Both the position numbers and the translations under genes were made by a program. Shown in pieces: positions 47,661-61,100 of a stretch of 64,000 nucleotides of DNA. Position 1 is the stretch's first letter. Every line of letters begins with the position of its first letter. The stretch is from NCBI GenBank assembly GCA_043228905.1, contig JBHGNT010000008.1, positions 11,842,001 to 11,906,000 of the forward strand, in the 5' to 3' direction. Source of the DNA: Azolla caroliniana (lineage: Eukaryota; Plantae; Polypodiophyta). The notes beneath the pieces were generated by a model. The model saw only the letters and a list, made by a program, of their open reading frames with translations, was not told the origin of the DNA and did no database searches.

Positions 47661-50600
47661 ATGTGAAATTATGTGTGTACATCAATTTGCAGTTCTCAAT
47701 GTGTAGATGTATACGTTGCATAAATTTGGGCATGTGTGAAAGTTGACCAAGACAATTGAGGACTTGCTTTACGGAATATGGCTTCATTGATGAAGGAGTG
47801 CAAAAAACAATATTTGTTATGGTATGTGACCAAAATTTTCTTGACTTCCGAGGATGCACTTATTGGCACACTCTAGATGTCAATGTGAATCCCTTCAATG
47901 AGTAATGTGGCCTATGTAGATGTTTATGATATTTGATTTTAAAAGTTATAACTTATAAGGGAGGGGAAGTCTGTCCAAAGGAGGGTCAAAAAGGCTCTTC
48001 TAGTGTGGAGCCTTGGCATCAATTGTCAGTCGAGGACATGACTTGTTGTGATGATGTCGATACCTAAATCGAGACAAAACATCTAGGTTTGACGGTTGGG
48101 GATGATGTGAGGTCTTGGGGATGATTTAAGTCCCCAAGTCTTATTCTCAAGGGCCGAGGTTGATTTCTTTGCCCATTACAATTTTTGTTTGTGAAATTTA
48201 TTTCTCTTATGTAAGAGTGTTTTTTATTTGTTAGGCACCGGATTTCCCAAAATCTATTTGTGGGTTTGACGTCTTTGTCATTTAGTTTACTTCTTTTTAT
48301 CGTAGATTTTGGTTCGATGTCCAGATTTGGTCATTCTTGTGAAATCATGTCTACAAATATGGCATGTACACCACTTGCAAATACAAATCCAAATTTGGCC
48401 TCTTGCAAAATTAACACAATATTATGTGTAGTTTTCAACCTTTGTTTAGGAATCCAAGAACATGGTGTACAATTTTTTCAAACACATAATCCTCTAAGTT
48501 AATAAGGCGGCTATATTTCCTACAAATACATCAAATTCAAGAAGCATAAAATTCGGAATTGACATTGAAATTTGTGACATATAACCCTTTTACATAGGAT
48601 GAAGGAGATAAAGATGAAGAAAGTATTGGGGGTATATCCTTGCGTTTTGGCGAATCGAGTCTACGATGACCGTCCATGTTGCCTTTTCTCATTGTAGTTC
48701 TCCCACGCGATGCCACGATGCAGCGTGTTCAAAGGGAGAAAAGTAGATAAAGGTTAAGATTTGCATTAAGTCAAGATTCAATGAGTCCTTGAGGCATAGG
48801 TGAGAATCTTCATTACAATTAACTTTTAGGTAGTTAATAGTTAGTTTATTATAATATCACAACAAAGAGTTGCTTTTGTAGAGACTCCCTTGTCCAAGCT
48901 CCCAATGTTAATTCCAATTGTGCATGCAAGTTACCTTTCCAAGGTCATAAGTATAATATCCCCCCTTGTGGACTCATTTAATGAGTCATCAATCAAAGAT
49001 GTTTATAAATATATTGATTTCTTCGTTGTCTTTATTCAACTCTTTTCACTCCATCATTGTAATTAAGCGGGATTCTAATTTGATGTCCTTGATATCATCT
49101 AAATCAAACATTGAGTAATGTGTAATGTATACATTAGATGTCATTGTTCTCATCGTTGACCTCTCAATCCACTTTATTTAATGTTACTACTAGGGTGATC
49201 ATAGGTTATTATTGTTATTGTCTAGAATAAGCTTTGATGTAATTGAATGAAGCTAAGCATCCTCCTCACAGGTTGATGTGCACAATTGCCCACCATGTTG
49301 TTTCTATGTTGTTTGGATCCTTGTAGAATAGGGCTTGCTCACAATGGACCAGAAAAATGTAGGGCTCCTTAGTAGACCATAGAAGTTTTAATGTAGAGTT
49401 TGGTGAAAGCAAGCTACGATGTACTAACTTTTGGCCAAAATTTTAGTACTAAGACCTTTAAAAATAAGATAATAAAAATTTGGAAATAATATAAAAAAAT
49501 AGCAAAATATTACATCACCACCCCTGCTAAAATTTAAAGTCGCATTTAAAGTGACATCTCTTTTTCTATCACTCACTCTCCCTCCCTCCCTCCCTCCCTC
49601 CCTCTCTCTCTCTATTGTTCACTTCCCTCTCTATTCCAATAATCTTTCTCTACCCTTGTCCTTGGAAAGTGCCTTTATTACTATTATTATATCATAGTAG
49701 TATATTGTTTTTCTCATGTGAATTATTGTTATGCAACATCTATTAAGCTAGTTTTATATCTCACATTAGTCCATGACTAAGTGTAGGTGTGTGTTTTATG
49801 GCCTCAATTTGAAGCATGAGGTAATGGATGTGATTTCACCATGTTTGTATATATATCATATTCTATGTGCTAACTACCCTTTTATGGTAATAAATGCATG
49901 TATGAATCGTAAAGGAATGCTTGTGTTTGAATGGTACTCAACTATGGAACATAAAGTTAAAATAAATGCAAGTAAGAATCGTAAAGGAATGACTGTTTCC
50001 TACTCACCTCCCCCCTCCCTTCGTTGTAGGCCATAGGATTTGGCTCGTATTGGCCAATGTTGAAGGGCATCAGATATAGCTATAGCCTATAGGTATCTAC
50101 TTACATTACGTAGTTAGTTTGAAAGGCTATGTATGTAGCCTCATATGATTGAACTTGGCCGAAGTGTGATTCCTTGATTTATGTATAAGCCACCTTGTGT
50201 AGTCTTTTTGTAATAATCTCTCTGAACTAATGGGAAAGTAGCTTCGTTTTAGGGAAAAAAAAACTCCTCAAGTATGTTACTGTATGGGACTACAATTTTT
50301 CCCCCCCAAAAAAGTATGGGACTACAATTGGTTATGTACTTAGAGAACTATGTAAAATGTGTTTTTTATTCAACACATTAACTTGCTAGTTTAGCATTAA
50401 GTTCATTTTGCGCACATACATTGTAGTAAGTCCATTATACAAAGAGCCATGTGTGGTTTATATAATACTATGTTCATTATATATTCTTAAGTTAATACTA
50501 ATGTGCTTCTATGTATAGGTGTACACCTAGTTTATTGATAATTTCAAACTTTAAATAATAGATAATGTACAGTTGTTTTAGTATTGGTAAAACTAGTTTA

Positions 50601-51639
50601 ATAATACTAATTTCCTGTCATATATATGTCACGCTTTAGTAAGAAACCAACTTTAGTACTAAACCCAGCCAACTAATTTCATTCCATATGTAAACATATT
50701 GGTGCTTTTATACTAAGCTCATTCCACTCAATGGTTTATAATTGCTTTAATACTAAGGGTCTACAATTATATTTAGTGTTTTACAACTAAGTTCAAACTA
50801 TACTAAGGTGTGTATATATAACTTAGTACTAGCTTCATTCTATATTTAGGTAATTTAGTACTGATGTAAAATCATGTCCATTATGCAGGAAGGTGTGTAG
50901 TTAGCTGGTTTAGTACTAACTTCGTATTGTAAACTATATTTTATCCTATATTAAGGTGCTTTAGTATTGAGATAGTACTAAGTTAATTCTTTATTGAGTT
51001 GCATACTTGGGTTAGTACTAATTTTGTTTAGTGCAACTACATTTAGGTGTTTTAGTATTGATGCACTACTACGTTCATTTTGTAGATAGATCTACATAGT
51101 TATATACTCATCATTCATTTAGTAATGATGTATCACTAGTTCATTGTAACATTGAGGTACACAACTTGTGTAGTACTAAATTGATTTTGTACATGTGTAT
51201 TAATGTTTATTACTATTGAGTCATTTATATTATCGAGGTATAAATTTTGTCTTTAAATCATTTATGTTATAAATCTCCGAATGAATGGTATAGTATATGA
51301 TAGCACAACACCGGGTATGGGCATGGAACAACAACCAACCATGTTCACACAAGAAAGGGCTCTTGGATATGCCAAGCATCAAACAATAAATACATAATTT
51401 TGGAGGTTGGGTCTACAACTATATGTAAAAGGTATAATTAAAACATTCATTCTTCCTTTTATTATTATGTGTGTATATTTACTAATGATATTTCAAATGA
51501 TTGAAGAAGAAAGGTTAAGGAAGCTAGTAGCTCAAGAGTGTCCGGCAATTGTTCTTGCTTGGTTTGCCACCAATAGGGTATATGCTGGTTTATAATCTAG
51601 GCACAACAATATCAACAAGAGGTACAACTCTGTTGATTC

Positions 51640-52102
51640 ATAGATGTGTTCCAGTTTAAGCATGTTAGCCGAAGCCAGGTATAGGATGACACTTAGTGAG
51701 TCGTCATGGCTGATCACCAAAGGAAATCTCCGAATTGGCCATGGCAACAATTACAATAACTTATACCCGCTAAATGTGTTCAGTCCGGAGGGCACAAGCA
51801 ACATAATCGAATTGCCGAATGCAACACTATGGCATGGCCGACTCGGCCATATGTCTCAAGCCGGACTAGACTGGCTAACGACAATTGGCTACATTCCAAA
51901 GCTCCAAGCAAGGATAGACTTCTGCGAGCATTGTTGTTACGGGAAACAAACTTGAAGTCTGCACTCACTCCATTATGAGACGATATGACAACCCCTAGAA
52001 CTGATCCACACCGATATATGTGGGCCGATGCTTGAACGGTCATTGGGAGGCTCCAGGTACTTCATCACTTTTGTTGATGATTGTACTCGGAAAGTTTGGG
52101 CT
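51640..52102 (+). pseudogene. Ty1/copia pre-integrase/integrase fragment
   Basis: LWHGRLGHMS...CEHCCYGKQ...LELIHTDICGP...YFITFVDDCTRKVWA; cut at 52103 by a family A-like LTR. Confidence 0.85.
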
Positions 52103-52767
52103 TGTTGATCTACCGACAGTCGACAGTTATAATTGACAGGCATAATAGGTCGAACGTTTTGTCAAGATGATTGTGGTAGGAAATTGTATTTTCTCGTACA
52201 AGTCTATACTCAGGACTAATCGGACTGATAAGTACTGATGATTGACTATTCAGCTTAATATAGTTAATTAGCAGATATTGTAACCAGGAGTTTGACAGAA
52301 ACACAAAACCCTTAAGCATATAATAAGATATAGTCGACACAAAGATAACTAACTACTAACTTATATTAAACCAAAATAGAATGATAAAATTACAATGCCC
52401 TCCATCCCTTTTTATAGGTGATCTGAGAGTCTCTATTCCAAGATTTACACTTGCCTTATTCGGCAAGAACTATAACAAAACTCTTTTAACTAATTCTATT
52501 TTTGCTACTTGGCAAAAAAAGTCATTTTATATTTCCTTCCGTCTTCTGACTATGACCCTTTCACATTTGAATATTGTCAACTCCAACGCCGACTTGTTTC
52601 CACACTTGTGCGACTCCGACCTTCCGATCCTGGGTAGCCAACCGGCTAACGCTTGGCCACCCTGTGGGATAGTGCCTTGCACGATCGAACCCTACCCTTT
52701 ACATTGGAGCGTGGTCCTCCTCAGGGTCGGCGTCGTCGTCATCATCACTGTCCGCCTCGATGAGGAT

Positions 52768-55603
52768 CTTGTCTACGTCCTCCTTAACCTTGCTTTTTTC
52801 TTCATGTCTCTCGGCCTTAGTTTCAAAATCATGAATTTTCAATTCTGTATCATACCTAACATTGTTAGCTTCGATTCGCATGTTTGAACACGAAAATCCG
52901 ATATCACACGAGCCAGGTATGAACATTTTCATTTAGTCACGCTCTCTTGTCTACGTCCTCCTCAACCTTGCTTTTTTTTTCATGTCTTTCGCCCTCAGTT
53001 TCAAAATCATGAATTTTCAATTCTATATCATAACTAACATCGTTAGCTTCGATTCACATGTTTTAACACAAAAATGTGATATCACACGAGCCAGGTATGA
53101 ACATTTCCATTTACTTACGCTCTCTTGTCTACGTCCTCCTCAACCTTGCTTTTTTCTTCAGGTCTCTCGCCCTCAGTTTCAAAATCATGATTTTTCAATT
53201 CTATATCCTAACATCGTTAGATTCGATTCGCATGTTTGAACACGAAAATCCGATATCACATGAGCCAGGTATGAACATTTTCATTTAGTCACGCTCTCTT
53301 GTCTACGTCCTCCTCAACCTTGCTTTTTTCTTCATGTCTCTCGCCCTCAGTTTCAAAATCATGAATTTTCAATTCTATATCATAACTAACATCGTTCGCT
53401 TCGATTCACATGTTTGAACACGAAAATCCGATATCACACGAGCCAGGTATGAACATTTTCATTTAGTCACGCTCTCTTGTCTACGTCCTCCTCAACCTTG
53501 CTTTTTTCTTCATGTCTTTCGCCCTCAGTTTCAAAATCATGAATTTTCAATTCTATATCATAACTAACATCGTTAGCTTCGATTCACATGTTTGAACACA
53601 AAAATGTGATATCACACGAGCGTGCTCCTCAACCTTGGTTTTTTTCTTTATGTCTCCTGCCCTATGTTTCAAAATCATGAATTTTCAATTCTATATCATA
53701 CCTAACATCGTTAGCTTCGAATCGCATGTTTGAACACAAAAATCCGATATCACACGAGCCAGGTATCACACGAGCCAGGTACAAGAGAACGTGAGTAAAT
53801 GAAAATGTTCATACCTGGCTCGTGTGATATCGGATTTTTGTGTTCAAACATGCGAATCGAAGTTAACAATGTTAGGTATGATATAGAGTTAAAAAATCAT
53901 GATTTCGAAACTCAAGGCGAGAGACATGAAGAAAAGAGCAAAGTTGAGGAGGACGTTGTCGTAGTGTATTTCGTACACTACGTGAAAAACTTATAAAGTA
54001 CCGATTTAATAAATATGAATAAATAGTAGAAAATATTAAAATATATATAACATGCATAGGGCAAGATTCGAACCTTGCACCTCCATGTTAATAATGTAAT
54101 GTCTTACCATTACACTAGCATTTCATTAGTGTTCAAAAATAGATGTTCCACATAGAAACCTTAGTTCACCTAGGATAAACTTTAGTTAAAAGAAAACGCA
54201 TGCTAAAAGAAAAATCTACGCATGCACATCTAGCGTGCATGAACGCTATAGTTGATAAAAAACGCACAAGTTAGAAAAAGCATGATCACTTTAGATAAAG
54301 CATATAGTCTATCTATAGGAAAAACATGGTGTCTATAGTTAGAAAAAGAAGAAGCATGGACTCCCTCATCACTACATAAGGATGGGGAGCACAATGTAAT
54401 AGGTGTGTGAAATATTTGGAAATTGGATATATTTCCGAAAACACCAACCGATTAATATAATCGTGGGATTCACGAAAATAATATAATCTATACTTGTGGG
54501 ATTCACAAGTTTCTTATATCTTTCTTTCAATCTAAATACATATTCTTATCTAAATATTGATTAATCGAATACAATACACTCGTGGGATTCACGAAATTTC
54601 TATCTCTCTTTCTAATAATCTATTCATTACTAGCCTCATCTCATATTCTTCTTTCTCCTAGTCCAAAACCTCAGTGGTTCCCACCCGACTCACGCAACGA
54701 TTCGGCGCCGAAAGGCACGACAACGTAGACAAGAGAGCGTGAGTAAATGAAAATGTTCATAGTTGGCTCGTGTGATATCATATTTTTGTGTTCAAACACT
54801 CGAATAGAAGCTAATGACGTTAGCTATGATATAGAATTGAAAACTCATGATTTTGAAACTGAGGGCGACAAACATGAAGAAAAAAGCAAGGTTGAGGAGG
54901 ACGTAGACAAGAGAGCGTAAGTAAATGAAAATGTTCGTAGTTGGCTCGCGTTATATCAGATTTTTGTGTTTAGACATGCGAATTGAAGATAACGATGTTA
55001 GGTGTGATATAGAATTGAAAAATCATGATTTTGAAACTCAGGGCGAGAGACATGAAGAGAAAAGCAAGGTTGAGGAGGACGTAGACAAGTGAGCGTAAGT
55101 AAATGAAAATGTTCATACCTCGCTCGTGTGATATCACATTTTTGTGTTCAAACATGTGAATTGAAGATAACGATGTTAGGTATGATTTAGAATTAAAAAA
55201 TCATGATTTTGAAACTGAGGGCAAGAGACATGAAGAGAAAAGCAAAGTTGAGGAGGACATAGACAAGAGAGCGTGAGTAAATGAAAATGTTCATACCTGG
55301 CTCGTGTGATATCACATTTTTGTGTTAAAACATGTGAATCGAAGCTAATGATGTTACTTATGATATAGAATTGAAAAATCATGATTTTGAAACTGAGGGT
55401 GAAAGACATGAAAAAAAAAGCAAGGTTGAGGAGGACGTAGACAAGAGAGCGTGACTAAATGAAAATGTTCATACCTGGCTCATGTGATATCGGATTTTCT
55501 TGTTCAAACATGCGAATCGAATCTAACGATGTTAGGTATGATACAGAATTGAAAAATCATGATTTTGAAACTAAGGCCGAGAGACATGAAGAAAAAAGCA
55601 AGG
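52768..55603. repeat. 178-bp satellite array as an inverted (fold-back) pair of ~1-kb arms; polarity switch at ~53780
   Basis: GTCTACGTCCTCC recurs at 52771, 52949, 53127, 53301 and 53479. From 53781 the monomers are reverse-complemented. Confidence 0.95.
53957..54722 (+). mobile_element. Family B solo LTR with 4-bp TSD ACGT
   Basis: TGTCGTAG...GGCACGACA is homologous to 18306-18992. ACGT at 53953-53956 and 54723-54726; the empty site GGACGTAGAC is visible in the other monomers. Confidence 0.95.
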
Positions 55604-57269
55604 TTCTTCTTCGTCAGCTCTGTTGTCGGTCGATTGTTGTGCCGCTTGCGGTGATTGGGCGTTTGCGTTTGGGCCTAATTCACTAGTCTGCTGTCGATGC
55701 TCACATTCATATCCATCTGGTCATACAGGAGTGTCAATCTCGTGGGTGTCATATTCTTCCATTAGTCGTGCGCCTCCTGGTGGTTTGCAGCCCGCTTGTA
55801 TGGACCACGTGCTAGATCCTCCTAAACGGTATTAATGGATGCTTCGTCCATTTTGAAGAAAGTTGTGCCTTTCTTCTTCCGGTTTTCTCTATTGGCACAG
55901 AGTAGTTGCCATTCGGCTGCCTGCGCCAACCAAGTCTACCAACCTTTATCCAGTGAGTCGACGACCATCTACTGTGTTCGGCGCATTTGAGCCCTCTTGA
56001 TGGGGCACACCTTCTCTTCGCCCATACTCACCTTGTATTGCATTGTGGCGAGCTCCTTCTGCATGAGGCCAGGTGAGCTTCTACTGACCTTGTGTTGAAC
56101 ATGATCTTCACCTCGTTTCTCCTCGTACTTGGCCTCGAGCTCATCGCTTTTCCTGATCAGTTCATTTTTCTCCAATTTGAACTGTGCTTTTTGCTGCTCG
56201 TATTCCGTATGCCTCTCTGTCTTTTCGATTACAAGCTTAGCCATCCTATCTGTATAATGTTCCTCTTGCATCGGAACATATATCTCGAGCTCTTCGACCA
56301 TTTCCTGGTCCTGTTGTGTCTCCTCCCTTTGACGTTCTACCGGTTGCTTCAATTGCTGTATGGTGTCGTCTTTGGCATCAAGTAATGCCCCTACCTTGGT
56401 CTTAGCTAACTCTAGATGATCTACCATCTTTTTAACTTTAGCGTTAGCTTCTTCTGCACGTTTATTCTCTTATTCGACCTCTTCTTCGGTAGCCCATAAT
56501 TGATCACGATTCTGCATGTGGTCGTTGACTTCCTTCAACTGCTCTTCTATATGTTGGAGTCGATCCGACATGTCATCCTTGTCCTTTTGCAATGTAGAAC
56601 ATTGTGTATGCAGCCGGTCGCCTGATGTTGTCGCTCTTTTACATGCCTTTGCCATGCCCTTTGCAACTTTGTATGTTTTGGTGTACTCCTTGTGTACTTC
56701 GACCAATGCCATATGAAGAGGAGGCATTTGAATCGCCTGTCCCCTATTCTTTGCATCCCGTTGTCGGCCGATTCTCTGCAATTCTTGCTGTTCTTTTGGT
56801 TCGATTCCGCCGAGCATGGGCTTTTGGATCATTTCCCGATCCTTATGCTCTTGGGCCAACATGTCGGAAGCATGCTGTAATCTCTTGGCAAGCCAGTCCA
56901 CGAGTTCGTATGATGTTCCAAATTGTAGTAGTGCCACGAACTCATAGGCTGTCAGTGGTATTTCAGGCAGGCCAAGAACTTCATTCGGGGTCATAGTGGA
57001 TGATTTCCCCCTTTCCATAGGCTGTGATTCGACTTGATCGACTCTGGTAGTAATCAGTGTTTGCGGTGCCAATGGTCGGTCAACCGATTCTTGGTTGTCG
57101 ACCCGTTGTCTCTCGGTCACCGACCCTCTTGTTCCGATTGGGGATACCTTTGACTCTTTTGTTTTTCCCTTAACGTTTTTGGTCAAGGCTGACTCTCTTG
57201 TGGTTGTTGGTCGGGTTGAGATGCCTTATTCGGCACTAGTTCTTGTTGTGTGGGGTTTTGGGTCGGCTC

Positions 57270-58175
57270 CGTGAAAAAGATTATGTGCGGAAGCAATAGA
57301 AAACCAAACACACAGAGAATACGCAAGTTTAATGGAGAGCTTGAGTATACACAATACGCGGGAGAGACAGAGAGAGACACACGAAAACCACAATTCAAAA
57401 ATATTAACTCTCTGTACATACACCGTGCTCAGTGAGCACCTTTTATACAAGCCCTGACAATCGGGCTGACACAAGTACTGGCAGTACTTTACTGCCATAA
57501 ATGAGCCTCAACACTCATTCCCAAAACTATTCCTTACGAGGAATATCTTTCAAACGGCCTCGCGGTTTACGCACCGCTACAACCATGTTATGCGTACCAA
57601 TTTTACACACCCAGTCTACGCACTAGCTATGCATCGTATTACGCACAAATGTTGAGCTTGTCTCTCAACACTCCCCCTCAAGCTCAACTTGAGGTTCTGC
57701 CTGCTCCGCCGGATCTACGCTCCGGCTTCTCCTGGCTCCACGCCTTGCTCGCGCTCCTCGGCTTGTTCGACTCCGCGCGCTTCGACCCTTCCGGTCGACT
57801 TGTCTGCTCCCACGGCCCTTCACAGCTTCCTTGTTGTCGCGGTGTTGGCGCTTCTCCTGCTACCTTCTTCTCCACTTGGTCCTTGGTTGATTCAGTGCAT
57901 CCGAATCAAACATCCGAACCGACTCGGCTACCTCTGATTGGTTTTCGCTCTCGTTCGAGTTGGATGTCTCCAACTTGTCTTCGGTCTTCTCGCCCTTGAC
58001 GACGTCATCTCCCCCATGCTTGGTTGACTTTGGCTCTTCCTTTCGGCTGCTCCCCTTTGCTCGATGCGTGCGGAGAAAGTGTGAGTGCTCTGTGAGGTTT
58101 GTTCGTGCTCTATTCGCTTGTAAACATTTGCGTTTTTTTGTGACATATAATCTAGCTGAAGGAGGTTTTGTAAAA
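57270..58175 (-). mobile_element. Family C TRIM-like copy: internal region, PPT, 3' LTR 57270-57670
   Basis: Minus strand reads AGCTTGAGGGGGAG|TGTTGAGAGACAAGCTCAACA. The internal part matches 10250-10368; no pol motifs; 5' LTR not seen. Confidence 0.75.
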
Positions 58176-61100
58176 AGATGGACCATTTTCGAGACTGAAT
58201 GTTATAAATAGAATATGCTATTAATGGCTCTTCAATGACCACCACTCGTAATGAATTTTAAATCATCAGTCAGCCTGTCCATTTATAGTTTGAAAATGAC
58301 AGTGCCAAGAACTAATGATGACATGATGACAAGAATGATTTTTCTATTATGACTATTTTTGCCAAGATACTTTTATTTATTTATTAATATTTACAATCAT
58401 GTCCCTTTACCCACTCATGGAGTAATCGGTAGACTACCGGTATCGACACTTTGTTCGAATTTATTTGTCAGGGCCAATCCTTGATATGACTTAAGTCGAA
58501 ATCCGTTGACCCATTTCCGCAAGATCTCCCTAGCTAATGTGCCGACTTGATATGTTCCATCGTTACTGTTGACAATCCAAAAAGGCCTAGTCCATCAATA
58601 TCTAAGCTTTCCCGGCATTGAACCCATCTTAGTTTGGAACACTAATACCGACTTATCGACTTTGAACATTTTGTCCTTATTTTTTCAGTGTCGTTCGATC
58701 AACGCCTTAGTTTGTCTCTGCTTCTACTCAAAGTGACACATTGCTTGTAACTGACTCTCCTCCAGTAATAATAACTGCTCCTTTCAAACTCCTTCCGACT
58801 GTTCCTCGTCGAGTCGTTTTGTTACCTGTACGCGCAGTGTCGGAATTTGAAATTCGATCGACATCACTACCTCTAATCCGAACGGAGTTGACTTTATCAT
58901 TGTGTTGCATGTGGTGCGGTAAGCCCATAAAGCACTGTGTAGGTTCTAATCCCAATCGATTCTATTTTCATTAACTATCTTCGTCAAAATCATCTGTAGT
59001 GTCTTATTGATTGATTTGGCCAACCCATTAGCTTGTGGATAGTATGGGGTACTCCTTTTATGTACGACTGCATAGTAGGTTGATAATTCATGAACAATAT
59101 TGTTTACAAAATGCGTATCCTAATCACTAACTAATTCGATTGAGCAACCGAATTGACACTATATGTACTCGTAGAGGAATTTCGCTGTTGACGCTATTGT
59201 ATTATCCCGAAGTGCTTTGGCTTCGACCCACTTTGTACAATAGTCGGTAGCAACTATTATATACCGATTCCCTATTCTCGCTGCTGCCGGTTTGAATGGT
59301 CCGACAAAGTCGAGACCCCATTTTTGGAACGGCTCTAAGGGTAGTACCGGTTGATGTGGCATGCGATCCCGTTCAGTTGGTTGACTGTTTCGTTGGCACA
59401 GATCGCATTGTCGACAGTATTCGACTTCACCCTTTGTAGTGCTTGGCCACCATAGCCCACTATTCCAAATTTTTCTGGTCGTCGTTTGACCAGCGTAATG
59501 CTCTCCAGCTACCCCGCAATGAGCTTTGCGCAAGATTGGGTCCTTTTCAAACTGTTGAATGACGCGTAGCCATATGTCATAAGCTCCTTTATGATATAGT
59601 GTCATTCAATAAGCAGAAATTCCAGCTCCGAACTGCCTGTCTTTTTCATTCATCTATTGGCATCCCTTCCAGTGGCAATCCGGTACTAAGAAAGATCAAC
59701 ATTTCCGTGATCCATAAATCGGCGGTCTCTTCATCCACTTCAATCGAAACCACTGTCTCAACTCAAAAGAGTGTAGCATCAAGAAACTCATCCTTCACTC
59801 CTATACCTGGCTCTCTCAACTCTAGTTGACTGAGCTAGTCGGCTATTGCATGCTAGACCCCTGGTCGATGAATTATATCGAATTCGAATTCTTGTAGCAC
59901 AAGAGTCCATCTGGCCAATTTACCTGTTAATTCTTGTTTGGAGAGTAAGTACAAATAATGCCGAATGATCAACATGAAATATGAATTTATGACCCAACAG
60001 GTAATGTTGGAATTTGTTGATGTTATAAATCATTCCTAGAGCCTCACGTTCAGTTGTCGAATAATTGCGTTCGGTAGTTGATAATTTCCGACTCACATAA
60101 TATACTAGCCAGTACCAGTTCGGCTCCAACAACTGCATTAAAGAACTTCCAATTATGACATCGGAAGCGTCCACAAAGACATGAAAATCCTTTTCCCAAT
60201 CGGGTGGTTGTACGACTGGGACCTTTGTCAGCATCTTCTTGAGACATTCATACGCATCTTGTTCGGCGGTTGTCTATTGAAAAGGTACTTTGTGTACCGC
60301 CACATGTAGAGGTGTGGTCACATCGGCTAGATACCGAATCATCCGATTGTGCTATCTTATTTGAGCCAAAAATCTGCTCAGGGCTATGCCAGGCATTTGT
60401 CGACGGTGGAGCCTCCATTATAGCTTTTACTTTATGTCTAGTTTGACTGCAATGCCTTCGCTACTAACGATATGTCCGAGAAATGTACCACTCACTACAC
60501 CAAATGCACATTTAGTTGGATTCAGACTAAGTCGACCTTGGAGGCACCGGTCTAAGCATAGTTGGAGAGGTTCAAAATGGTTAGGTTTCCTGTTGTAAAC
60601 TGCAAAATCATCCAAGAATACCGACATAAATGTTGGTATATAATCTACAAAAAATTATTAAATGACACTTTGAAATGTCGTCGGAGCTGTTTTCAAGCTG
60701 AACATCATCACTACTGATACAAATATGCCCCATTCGGTGACGAACACTGGCCTTTCCTGATCATCAAGATGTATCCAAACCTGGTTTACCCACTAAATCC
60801 ATCTAGAAAGCTATAAATTTCATGCCCCACCACTACATCCAAGACCTCATTAGTAAATGGTAATGGAAATGCATCCATTACGGTGGCCGCGTTCAATTTC
60901 CCTGTAGTTGACACATACCCTGATTTTCTAGTTCTTTTTGGGTACTATGACGATGAGACTTTAACGAAGTTCCCTTCTTCACTGGTCGAATGAAACTGAC
61001 CCTTAGTAATTTGTCGATTTCCTCTTTTACTTTGACTGCATAGTTCAGATTCAGCCTATACCCTATTGAACCGGCTTTGCATCCTTATGTAAATTTATTT

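Noticed and set aside
52768-55603. CRISPR array or Helitron interpretation of the satellite
   Set aside because: No unique spacers and eukaryotic context; no CTRR 3' end or exact A|T target site.
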